In this document: one piece after another, positions 47,985-59,006 of the stretch
How the letters are laid out: every line of letters begins with the position of its first letter
Position numbering within the stretch: the first letter of the stretch is position 1
Assembly (NCBI GenBank): GCA_020891255.1
Contig: BQFW01000013.1
Span: forward strand, 2,108,001 to 2,172,000
Length of the DNA: 64,000 nt
DNA from: Entomortierella parvispora E1425
Taxonomy: Eukaryota > Fungi > Mortierellomycota
Direction: 5' to 3'
Notes under the pieces: model-generated
The model's input: the letters and a program-made list of their open reading frames with translations, nothing else
The model's database searches: none
Told to the model about the DNA's origin: nothing
Made by a program: the position numbers and the translations under genes

Positions 47985-48548
47985 TCACGTTTGACATGAC
48001 ATTCCGTGGCCAATCGCACAGCAATCACCGAAGAAGTTATCGTCTAAGCAACAAGTTGGAGAGGTGGTATCGACCTTTCCAGATTTTCCGGTTCTTTTCT
48101 TGATTTGCGCTCTTGTTTTTTTCATATCATCGTCCTCGATGTAAGCCATACCTGCGTTATATGCTGAGGGATAACCGGTATCATCTGCCCACACTTGACT
48201 AGGATCAGTCGGACCGCTTCCGCACGGTAATTTATTCCCCGAGTAGATTGCCTGTGCTGTCAAGACACTTGGCTCTCTGAAACAGTAGGCAAAAGCACAA
48301 GCAGAAGTCGCTCCAAATAGGCAAACATTGCCTGGCATGGCAACTCCATAGTCCATCTCGCAATAACTTTGTGCATTAAGCGCACATTTCAAAATAGCGA
48401 TAGAACCGCAATCTCCGACGAGCTCATGCGGCTTATGACCACCAGGCGTAGTGGCGTTGTGGCCAGACATCAGAGTGGTGTTGTGGCTAGATGCCTCTGT
48501 CAGCGAGAGAACTGCGAAAATTGACAGTATCTTGATCTTGAACAACAT
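47985..48548 (-). CDS. secreted Cys-rich preprotoxin-like protein A (187 aa, 12 Cys)
   Basis: Signal peptide MLFKIKILSIFAVLSLTEA, two N-glycosylation sequons, hydrophobic Cys-spaced domain, KKR site, then CC..CC..C tail. Intronless. Confidence 0.8.
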   Translation of the reverse strand: MLFKIKILSIFAVLSLTEASSHNTTLMSGHNATTPGGHKPHELVGDCGSIAILKCALNAQSYCEMDYGVAMPGNVCLFGATSACAFAYCFREPSVLTAQAIYSGNKLPCGSGPTDPSQVWADDTGYPSAYNAGMAYIEDDDMKKTRAQIKKRTGKSGKVDTTSPTCCLDDNFFGDCCAIGHGMSCQT

Positions 48549-49665
48549 GAAAGCGATACCTAAAGAAGAGAAGCGGGGATTAGATTGATACCGAAGAAAC
48601 AGCTGCATGCAGAAATAGGCAAAAACTGAATACTTATTTACTTTGGGAAGGGATTTGGAGAAGATGTGGAATTTATTAGCAATGGGCCCATGACTATTTA
48701 TATTAATTCTGGAGTTAACTTGTACTTGTTGGTGAGTTTCGTTACCACGCCACGAGAAGTAACTGTGATGGAGAACCCATTCTGTCCTGGAGACACTTCC
48801 CAGGGCATGGTGCAGGACCAGGACGTGGTACAAAACCAGAAGAACAACGGACAATAAAGGAGCATTGGGGGCAAATGGACGCTTCCGCCAAGGAAGGGGG
48901 CAAGTGGACACTTCCACCAAGGAAGTGTGCCAAGGATGATTCTATTTCTTGGCGCTGCAGCTCCTCGCCCGCTGCCCTGCGCCCGAATCATTGTCGCTCT
49001 GTAACCCATTTTGAATGAGCAACGTTCCGAGGGAATAGATTGCGGTATTCTAAACATCACGCAGCCAAGGATGACATGTTTATTTGTCGTCTGTGTTCTT
49101 CAGTCTACTCGACTTAACGATAGGCAACGACTAGTTGGCGGGCCCCCGGGAGACAAACAGACACGAGCTACCAACGCAGATAGATGGGAAACTAGAGAAT
49201 CGGATAACGGCAGAGCGGGATTTGTCTGTTTCTTGACAGTACGCGATTTTCAAGCAGGCACAAAAAATATAACACAGATAATAGGAGAAAACAGCTCAAA
49301 AATGATGGTTGTTTTGGATCACATTCCAGTGAATTTCTCACGCTCAGGGAGAGAGCGGTATCGCTACTGGGAACCTTTTCAGTGGGCGATTCGCTAATCT
49401 CGATATCAAGTAATTGGAAGGCAGCAGAACAGACGCGTCTATTTGTCCGCCGTTTCGACGGAGAAAACAAACAAACAAGAGCCAACCGCATGGATGGATG
49501 GATGGATGGAAAACAAGAGCATCGGATAACTGCCAAGAACGATCAAGTCGCACAACTTCTGAAGTGCTTTGCTGGACGCGTCTAATTGTCTGTTGACCCA
49601 ACATTTCCCTATTTGTCGTTCAAGGGTAAATTTCAAAATAAAGTTCAGAGGCACATGGACACTTC
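48419..49665. repeat. left arm of about 1.2-kb inverted repeat
   Basis: Reverse complement of 50090-51307 with few substitutions and one extra 29-bp tandem unit near 48903-48931. Confidence 0.95.
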
Positions 49666-49897
49666 TGGAAGCCTCAATTCGCAAAGGCGCACAAAACGAT
49701 CAAGCTCAGGAAGTTCAACACGAGAAATGCAATTGCGTCGGTGGATATGTAAAAAGATATGAACCAACGGCTTTATGGAACTTCTGAGACAGAGATGAAG
49801 GACGTCCCTAGGAGTGACCTTATGATCACAGTCGATAATCGATCGCATCCTGGTCATACAGATACTTACGAAACCGAAGTATGTTGCAGTGGGTAAC

Positions 49898-49947
49898 CAG
49901 GGCGCGGTGCATGGTCAGGGCGCGGTGCATGGTCAGGGCGCGGTGCA
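49898..49947 (+). repeat. 18-bp GC-rich tandem repeat x2.8 (CAGGGCGCGGTGCATGGT) in the palindrome spacer
   Basis: Direct reading. Confidence 0.9.
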
Positions 49948-50089
49948 GAAATCAAACGACAAATAAGAGACGACAATAAGAGCATCAGATGACAAGGAAG
50001 GAACTGTGGGGTCGGACGACAATAGACACCTCCGGTTTGCTCTTGTTTGTTTGTCTTCGTCGGAAGGGCAGAAAAATAGACGCATTCGT

Positions 50090-51307
50090 GAAGTGTCCAT
50101 GTGCCTCTGAACTTTATTTTGAAATTTACCCTTGAACGACAAATAGGGAAATGTTGGGTCAACAGACAATTAGACGCGTCCAGCAAAGCACTTCAGAAGT
50201 TGTGCGACTTGATCGTTCTTGGCAGTTATCCGATGCTCTTGTTTTCCATCCATCCATCCATCCATGCGGTTGGCTCTTGTTTGTTTGTTTTCTCCGTCGA
50301 AACGGCGGACAAATAGACGCGTCTGTTCTGCTGCCTTCCAATTACTTGATATCGAGATTAGCGAATCGCCCACTGAAAAGGTTCCCAGTAGCGATACCGC
50401 TCTCTCCCTGAGCGTGAGAAATTCACTGGAATGTGATCCAAAACAACCATCATTTTTGAGCTGTTTTCTCCTATTATCTGTGTTATATTTTTTGTGCCTG
50501 CTTGAAAATCGCGTACTGTCAAGAAACAGACAAATCCCGCTCTGCCGTTATCCGATTCTCTAGTTTCCCATCTATCTGTGTTGGTAGCTCGTGTCTGTTT
50601 GTCTCCCGGGGGCCCGCCAACTAGTCGTTGCCTATCGTTAAGTCGAGTAGACTGAAGAACACAGACGACAAATAAACATGTCATCCTTGGCTGCGTGATG
50701 TTTAGAATACCGCAATCTATTCCCTCGGAACGTTGCTCATTCAAAATGGGTTACAGAGCGACAATGATTCGGGCGCAGGGCAGCGGGCGAGGAGCTGCAG
50801 CGCCAAGAAATAGAATCATCCTTTGCCCCCTTCCTTGGCGGAAGCGTCCATTTGCCCCCAATGCTCCTTTATTGTCCGTTGTTCTTCTGGTTTTGTACCA
50901 CGTCCTGGTCCTGCACCATGCCCTGGGAAGTGTCTCCAGGACAGAATGGGTTCTCCATCACAGTTACTTGTCAGGGCGTGGTAACGAAACTCACCAACAA
51001 GTACAAGTTAACTCCAGAATTAATATAAATAGTCATGGGCCCATTGCTAATAAATTCCACATCTTCTCCAAATCCCTTCCCAAAGTAAATAAGTATTCAG
51101 TTTTTGCCTATTTCTGCATGCAGCTGTTTCTTCGGTATCAATCTAATCCCCGCTTCTCTTCTTTAGGTATCGCTTTCATGTTGTTCAAGATCAAGATACT
51201 GTCTATTTTCGCAGTTCTCTCGCTGACAGAGGCATCTAGTCACAATACCACTCTGATGTCCGGCCACAACGCCACTACGCCTGTTGGTCATAAGCCCCAT
51301 GAGCTCG
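50090..51307. repeat. right arm of about 1.2-kb inverted repeat
   Basis: See left arm. The ORF track shows mirrored identical peptides on both arms. Confidence 0.95.
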
Positions 51308-51768
51308 CGAGAGAATGCAAGGCCTCCAACCTTATAGCTTGTTCGACGGCTGTAGCAACATTCTGTACTGGTGCGGTCGGTGTTGAATATACTCCTATTT
51401 GTTGTGCAGGGGCGATTGCCTTTTGTGGAACATTACTGTGCGCCGCCAAGCCAGCTGTCACGACTGCTGTTGCGCTTTATAATGGTTGGAGACTATCATG
51501 TGATACTGGTCCCACTGATCCTGAGGCAGTCTACGGGGCGAACACTCCAGAGGCCAATGCATACAATTACGGTTACGCTTACGCTGAAGAACATAATCCT
51601 TGGGCTGACTATGCAAGACCGGTCAGAATCAAAGAAACACGAAGACTCCGAACGAAGACCCAAGGAAGAACATTAGGAGAGGTTGACACCACAACAAATT
51701 GTTGCCTAGCCCAGACTTACTTTGGTACATGCTGTGATATGGCCCACGGATTGGCGTGTCAAATGTAA
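51178..51768 (+). CDS. secreted Cys-rich preprotoxin-like protein B (196 aa, 13 Cys)
   Basis: First 43 aa near-identical to protein A, then divergent with conserved Cys spacing, GPTDP, AYN.G.AY and VDTT..CC..CC...HG..CQ. Confidence 0.8.
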   Translation: MLFKIKILSIFAVLSLTEASSHNTTLMSGHNATTPVGHKPHELARECKASNLIACSTAVATFCTGAVGVEYTPICCAGAIAFCGTLLCAAKPAVTTAVALYNGWRLSCDTGPTDPEAVYGANTPEANAYNYGYAYAEEHNPWADYARPVRIKETRRLRTKTQGRTLGEVDTTTNCCLAQTYFGTCCDMAHGLACQM

Positions 51769-51992
51769 ACAGATAGATAGTTCAACTCTCCGCCGATTTT
51801 GAGTGGGATCTTCGAGTCTATGAGATATTTTGTAACATCCACAGCCGTAGCTCTTCCTACTTTTTATTCTGCGACAGAGATGGAGGAGGACTGTAGTCAC
51901 TATCACTATTCTCATATTAAAGAGGCCGGCCATCTCTGCCGATTAAACCTCCTTCTTCGTGTCCTTGGCGCTTCAGGCACCAAACATTTCAT

Positions 51993-52236
51993 CTCCCGTA
52001 TATCCAGTCTATAGAGGACAGGAAAACAATGCGGCGATCCTTTGCTCTCCCTGAAGGGTACGAAATATCAAGAAAATTCAAATATGCACTGGGATGGAAG
52101 CATTCCAAGGAGCATCGCCATAAACCGAAGTCTAAGGATCTCCGCATGTACAAGGTCAAGCGAGATAAGAAAGCGAAAATAGGCATGTGCAGTAGGAAAG
52201 CGATAGTGGTCATTTCTGAAGGCAAGAAGTACAGAC
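51993..52236 (+). pseudogene. internal fragment of the T5orf172-family gene (Cys/His domain)
   Basis: FPYIQS...RRSFALPEGYEISRKFKYALG matches 24200-24460. Confidence 0.8.
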
Positions 52237-53050
52237 CTGAATTCAAAAATCCTTACTGTCCTGCCGAGTTGTTTCCTGCATATAAAAAGTTGGCCTGTGA
52301 TGTGTTGCTGTAGGCTTCGATGATTCTTCCTGCAGAATCTGCCTGCTTCAGCTCTTGCCCGACCTTGCTCTGCAACGCCTCGATCACCTTTGTATCCCGA
52401 CCCAAAGCGTCGTTCAATGTGCTCAGTCTCTTGGACAGCTCCACTGTGTCTTTTGAAATCTTGTCCAATGAATCTGATGGTCTGGAAGTCAATGTCGCCG
52501 AGAGGTGGATCTGGCTTTGCAGGAACTGATGGAATTGGCCCAGAGTCGACTTTGCATCCGCGGGGAGCTCTGTGTATTTTGTCGATCCAGCAATTGTATC
52601 GGGGGTAAGGGCACTATCATTTGAATTGAGAACATTTTACATAATATTAGAAGCCGCTTTGGACCATGATCTCGACCATAGGCCAGCTAAAAGACATACA
52701 CTGCTGCGGCTGTAGCTGTTGAGGCGCCAAAGGTGCTCTTTGTGGCAGCATTGATCAGGGCATTGGCGGCAGCGGTGGAGTTGGGTTGCTGAAAGCGATC
52801 CAGTGGAGAGAGTCGAAGTGGGGGCGGTTGATGTTGAGGTGGCAGGCTGAGCAGAAAACAAACGACCGCCAAAAGAGGGCTCAGAGGCGGCTGTATGAGC
52901 CGTGCTCGAGGTTGCAGCTGTTAAAGAGGGGAAAAGCGATGAGGATGTGGTGGCAGCAGCAGAGGCAGCAGGCGCGGTCCCGAAAAGTGAACCTGCCAAG
53001 GTCGCTGGTACAGATGTCGCAGGGGTTGATCAGAAGCCGGCAAAGGGATT
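52237..53050 (-). pseudogene. internal NUP58/NUP49 fragment
   Basis: Near-identical to 57960-58780 (FG exon part, intron, coiled-coil exon), with frameshifts. Confidence 0.85.
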
Positions 53051-53059
53051 TGTGTAATT

Positions 53060-54260
53060 TTTGTCAGGACTGGTGACGTGCATTGTAGCACGAAGGCCCA
53101 AGTTTGCATTGGTCCAGCACGACGCCACCAATTTGCGGCGACGCGTTGTGCGCGACCCTGTCACATCTATCAGGCTCTCACCAGGGTTGATCTTTCTTGA
53201 ATTGAACAAACAGCTCATCCATCAACTCATGCTCCATCTCGAACTCTTCATGTCATTTGGCAGATCTTTCATCCCTCCACGGGCACCAGTTCAACTATTG
53301 AAAGAAGGACGGACTTGCTATACTTGAGGACTGTACGCCACAGCGTCTCGGAGCAGCCATCCTGCACTTTATTTTTGATACTTTGATATTTTCAAATTAC
53401 GGATTTGGTGGTGCTGAATGTTGTAGCTATGCTGTTGATTGCCTCCAGTTCGGAGACTATACAAGTATTGTCGCTCTGTCGTTAAGAATTTGGGCTTGAG
53501 TCCGCGGCATGGGTGGATGCGCCAGCTGTTGCTGGGATTGAACTTTTGAAGTGCAAGTTTGGGCGACCATGGAGAATCTTAGCTGTCTTTCCAGGCGCCG
53601 CATGGCCCAGAACTCTGCGCCATAGTTTTTTCTGAACCTCGCGAAGCTCCATTTGCGCACTTTTAGCAGCCACGTTCCTTAAAGTTGCCTCAAGTAGCGT
53701 GAGGTAGTCCTGCTCCGCTTGTGCTTGGTCCTAGTAGCTAAAGTGAATTACGAAGTAGTATGGGAAGGTTGCTTTTTTTCCCATTTGCATCGACTTCGTC
53801 ATATCGAGGTGACATGTTGCCCACGTGCCGCTCCTCAGCCACATATCAGGCAACCAAATTTTGAAGCTACGCCCCTCCATTACGAACAATCACCTCTCTG
53901 GTTCTTGCCACCTTGGTCACAGCCATACTTCAAGTTTGGGTTGTCCCGGCCATTACCAATGTGCGTCTTAGCAACCTTAATACAATTCAACCCTTCTGGC
54001 CCTTGCTATGAATGTGGTGAATGCTATTTCCGCATTTATAGGCAACCTTGATAACAGGGACCTCCTCCTTGAAGAACTTCAACAATTGGCATAGGGCCCC
54101 GGAGTTACGAACAACGTAAGAACTTGGTACACGTCTCTACAGTGGTACTCGTATCCTATATCTGTATCCACACTCGTATCTAAGCACCGGGTATCCCTAC
54201 GACTGTAGTTACCCTTTGTAAGATCATTATCATCTCTCAGCCATACCACATGACCATGGC
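53060..54260 (-). pseudogene. degenerate coding relics unrelated to block A
   Basis: Protein-like fragments (EQDYLTLLEATLRN..., GGGPCYQGC, NCIKVAK...YGCDQ...DCS) are broken by stops. Confidence 0.35.
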
Positions 54261-54655
54261 TGAAGAAGGGTCTTGATGGGTGGGCGTTGCTTCGTGGAAA
54301 GGAAAAGAAGGTGCAGAAAAAAAAAGTGCTTTGCCTTGCTCTTTTTTTTTTTTTTTTTTTGTGACCAGTTGCACAAGCAGTTGCACAGATATGACCAGTT
54401 CCCCTGAAATTTTCCATCAACCATTGTCATTTCCATGCAAACATGGACACAGAGGCAAAGCAATAGCTGAAAATGGGTGAGCCGGAACAAAGGCATTTGA
54501 AGGGAGAGGAGCACCTCTTTTCGATGCTGCTGTGGCAACAAAAAAGGGAGTGTCTGTACGCGCTCATGGCGCTGGCGTCTATAAAAGAACCACTCCAAAT
54601 CAAACCCCTCCCATTCAACTTTCACCACCCTCCCTCCTTTCTCATCGGAAATAAC

Positions 54656-56513
54656 ATGCCCACCACCGGTAATCTACCCTTGCATCCCATGTTAGGTATT
54701 AAGCTTGCCGAACAAATTTATTAAACACCTCTCCACCTTTTCTTGCGCAGACGAAAAAGTCCCTGACGACGGACAAGTTCCTTCGCCTCCTACAGCCCCC
54801 AGCGCCAGCAACACGGGGACAGTCCATAATCCGAGTATTGAAGATCCGCACGAGGTTCCCGATGCAGACGACAATAGTGCGACCCTTGAGAACGAGTGTA
54901 GCCAAACGACCGGCGGTGAGGCTGAAGAGGGTTCCAAGATTGAAAAGGTGGTTGCTGCCCTGGACTTGACACACCGGGTGGAGAATGAAAAGGCTACAGA
55001 GGCTGCGGACCCCAAAGCAGAGTCCAGATCTGACCGTCCAGGATTATCATTGGGCCAACCTGACTCTGGTTTTTTTGGATCAACATCCAGCAGTGAAGAT
55101 GCTTCTCAAGCTGAAATTCACAGGTTGACCGAGCAGTTGTGCGAGTTGCAATTGAAGAAGGACCATGAGGTTGAAAGTTTAAAAAAGAAACTACAAGAAA
55201 AAGACCGGGAGATTGAGAGTATCAATAAGGACCTCGAAGCTGCCAAGGGTAAGTTTGTTCCTTGCAATGGTTGGCAACACCGATCCACCTTGGACTAATA
55301 ATCGCCTTTCCTCTTTGACGTTTTCAACGGAATATCCAGGCCAGTTTCCTGATCTATCCCCACGGCCTGACTTCTGTTTCGCCTTCTTGGACGAGACTTT
55401 TGAACCCTGCCCCAACAGACCTGAGCCAGATGCCATGATGTGCGCTGACCATCGCAAATTTCCACTTCTCGTTTCCACACCTGACAACCCTCCCACAAAC
55501 AAGGGACCACTTTTCAAGATCCCCAGTGGCGCGGCCCCTCAGGAATTCCCCTACGCCCTGGGCGTTGACCTTGTGGGATCGGATCCGACCAAGGAGGATA
55601 AAGAAAAGAAATTGAAATGCTACTACCCAAAATGTGGGGCTGTAGCGTACAAGATCTATTATGACGAAGACGAAGACAAGGAGGACGTGCGCACCCCGCT
55701 TTGCAGATACCACAACAAAGCGGGCGTCAAACCAATCTCAAGCTTCTCTCAAGAGCTTTATGGGAACAAGATCTATGGCCGTTTCTTCCCAGGTAAAAAA
55801 AAATTTGTAATTTGTGGATTTTGCGTTGGACACATGGGATCTCTCCTTACTCAAATCTGAGCCCTTCCATTATTCTGTCTTCATATCGTTCAGAGAAGGG
55901 TATTTATGATAGTCTCCCCGCCGGACGACTCCTCCAACAACGTTTCAGTCATTCAAATCCTGTAACCGCTGCAGATCATGTCGGCTACCTGTACATATTC
56001 CAAGTCCTCGAAAAACGACTCCAACAAGACCGTCAGAATTCCGAAAACCAAAATCGTAACTTGTTCAAGATTGGCAAAACTGCTCCCGGACTCGAGCGCA
56101 GAAAAAAACAGCACGAATGCAAATGCGAAAAAATCAGTGATTTTGTCCCTTTCACCAGAGGAGCCGAGGAGACAACTGTCCTTGAACAAAGTAATGGTGA
56201 GCTCTACCGTTATGTAGGTCTCTTTGAGCGCCTTCTCCACGGAATATACGTTCTCGCCAATGATTACAATTGCATATGTAATGTACGCCATGGTGAGTGG
56301 TTCAAACAGGGCGACTTTAATAATCCCAAATGGTCCCTTAAAGAAGCAATTGACATTGGTGTCCCCTTGCTCGAGCGGTTGAAAAAATTCTATCCTCTGC
56401 CAGAACACTTGAAGAAGGGTCCCAGAAATTCGGTTCTTGCTCCGAAAGATCGTATCTTGGCCTTTAACGCCATGCAAGATTTTTACAAAAGTCAAGAGTT
56501 GACACCAGAATAA
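54656..56513 (+). CDS. coiled-coil + Cys/His domain + T5orf172 protein (third full paralog)
   Basis: Same four-exon layout as 19672. GYLYIF, FKIGKT..RRKKQHECKC, ERLLHG and CICNVRHGEWF. Confidence 0.85.
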
Positions 56514-56771
56514 ACACAGCCTTCTAAAGCTCCATTTCAGCCCCAAGTCCAGAAAAAAAAAAAAACGGCAATTGCTCCTGCTTCTCTTCTTTCATTGTCT
56601 ATCTTCAAGGGGTTTCCAACGGTTGTCGAGATTTTTTCTATCGCGCCTGTTACATTTTTTTTGTAAGGCGTTTGGTATGCCTTTATTGTGAATACAAGAC
56701 GTGGAGGGCAATCCATGATTCTTTTTTCCTTCTTTCGCCCGCAATCATTGTTTTTTGTCGTCAACTGGGTC

Positions 56772-59006
56772 TCACTTGCCGCCCAGCTTGAATCCACCTC
56801 CAAAGGGAGAAGCCGTCGCAGCTGGTGCACCAAAGAGACTCGAGCCACCGGCTGCAGAGCCAGCTGGAGGAGCCGTGAGCGAAAAGGTGGGTGCAGAAGT
56901 CGGGGCCGCTGAAGCTGCTTGTCCAAATCCTCCAAATGCTCCTGTTGTCGCTGCAGGCGCAGCCGCAGAGGTCGCAGGGGTGGTTCCAAAGCCTCCAAAT
57001 CCGCCCGTGCTGGCTGCAGGCTGTCCAAAGAGAGAGGATCCAGCCGTTGAAGTCACAGGCGCAGTCGATCCAAAGAGACCGCCCGTGGCAGGCGCAGCGG
57101 TGGTTGTGGTTGTAGATCCAAAGAGTCCTGAGGTAGCAGGGGCAGCCGAGGTGGTGGAGGCTCCACCAAACAAACTACCGCCAAAGGCAGGTTTGGCCGC
57201 TGTGGAGGCCGCTTGGGCTGTTGTGGAAGCACTTGCACCTGCTGCTGATCCTGGTCGAAGTGTCTCCTTGGCGATATCTCTAAAGGACTTTTGACTGCTG
57301 CCACTGTTGATACTCTGACCCAAATGACCACTCTCCAACATCACAGATCGTTGGCTTTCTGAACCCCGGAGACCATTCTCGGCTCTCCTGTGCTTTTGCT
57401 GCTGCTGGTGCTGATGGTGTGCCTCGAAAGGATCCGATTCGTCATCAAAGAATTTCCGACGGAACATCAAGTATGCCTTTTCCCGGTCCCTGATCTCATC
57501 ATGAAGTACCGCCACACGACTGGCAACTGACAAGAATCCCTCGTGCTGATTCCTCAAAACTTCGGGCAATGCTAGTAAAATGAAAAACAGACCCACGAAC
57601 TTGTAAATAAAAAGATTCCTTGTGCTAGAGCAACGCACACATCAGCTCCAGTATGATATACGGTCGTTACCATGTGCCACCTGGGGGTTCCTAGACCCAA
57701 ATGAGGCCAAATGACGTTCAATTTCCTAATAGAGAGACAGACGCAGGTCATAACGCTCCATAGATTAGCGCTCCTTCCCGCTGCATTGTTGTGCGCGTTT
57801 CTAAAATCCCTGTTATCATCCAGTCCTTACCTCGATAGTGCTCCGGAACTGTCTAATCTGATCCTCAAATGCCTGGCACTGATCCAGAAAGTATCTGCGA
57901 TGATGGTCAATGAAGCACTGTTAGCCGCCTGAAAAATCAAGTCAAGAGAATGACGATAACCCGAATTCAAAGATCCTTACTGTCCTGCCGAGTTGTTTCC
58001 AGCATATAAAAAGTTGGCCTGTGATGTGTTGCTGTAGGCCTCGATAATTCTTCCTGCAGAATCTGCCTGCTTCAGCTCTTGTCCGACCTTGCTCTGCAGC
58101 GCCTCGATCACCTTTGTATCCCGACCCAAAGCGTCGTTCAATGTGCTCAGTCTCTTGGACAGCTCCACTGTGTCTTTTGAAATCTTGTCCAATGAATCTG
58201 ATGGTCTGGAAGTCAATGTCGCGGAGAGGTGGATCTGGCTTTGCAGGAACTGATGGAATTGGTCCAGAGTCGACTTTGCATCTGCGGGGAGCTCTGTGTA
58301 TTTTGTCGATCCAGCAATTGTATCGGGGGTAAGGGCACTATCATTTGAATTGAGAACATTTTTCATACTATTTAGAAGCCGCTTTGGTCCATCATCTCGA
58401 CCATTGGCCAGCTAAAAGACATACACTGCTGCGGCTGTAGCTGTTGAGGCGCCAAAGGTGCTCTTTGTGGCTGCATTGGTCAGGGCATTTGCGGCTGCGG
58501 TCGAGTTTGGATTGCTGAAGAGTGATCCCGTGGAGAGAGTCGAAGTGGGGGCGGTTGATGTTGCAGTGGCAGGCTGAGCAGAAAACAAGCTACCGCCAAA
58601 AGATGGCGCAGAGGTGGCTGCCGGAGCCGCGCTCGAGGTTGTAGCAGTTAAAGAGGGGAAAAGCGATGAGGATGTGGTGGCAGCAGCAGAGGCAGCAGGC
58701 GCAGCACCGAAAAGTGAACCTGTCGAAGTCGCTGGTGCAGATGTCGCAGGGGTTGATCCAAAGCTGCCAAAGGGATTCGCAGGTGCGGATGCAGCAGGCG
58801 CAGGAGTGGCGCCAAAAGGATTAGCGGGGGCAGAGGTTGCAGCAGGAGCAGCGCCGAATCTAGAGGGAGACAGGGGATGGGGGGATCATGGCATGTTAGT
58901 GGAGAGTGAGAAGGAAAGGGGGATGATCTACATGGCATTGTTGTTATGCAGTCGAGATGCAAAGCAAATGACAAAAAAGAAGGACTTGCCCCTGGAAGAG
59001 AGACAT
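56772..59006 (-). CDS. NUP58: FG nucleoporin Nup58/Nup49, apparently intact
   Basis: MSLFQG/FGAAPAA FG region, coiled coil, QYFLDQCQAFEDQIRQFRSTIE/EIERHL, LRNQHEGFLSVASRVAVLHDEI..AYLMFRRKFFDDESDPF and a C-terminal FG tail. Exons join in frame, and the first intron is GC-AG. Confidence 0.85.

Noticed and set aside
48549-48920. N-terminal extensions making 311-aa and 357-aa ORFs for the toxin-like genes
   Set aside because: They begin at upstream or non-ATG starts in promoter DNA, and their identity is just the palindrome. The signal peptide starts at 48548 and 51178. An ATG 20 codons upstream cannot be excluded.
49898-49947. CRISPR-like array
   Set aside because: Contiguous tandem units without spacers, in a eukaryotic context with no cas genes.
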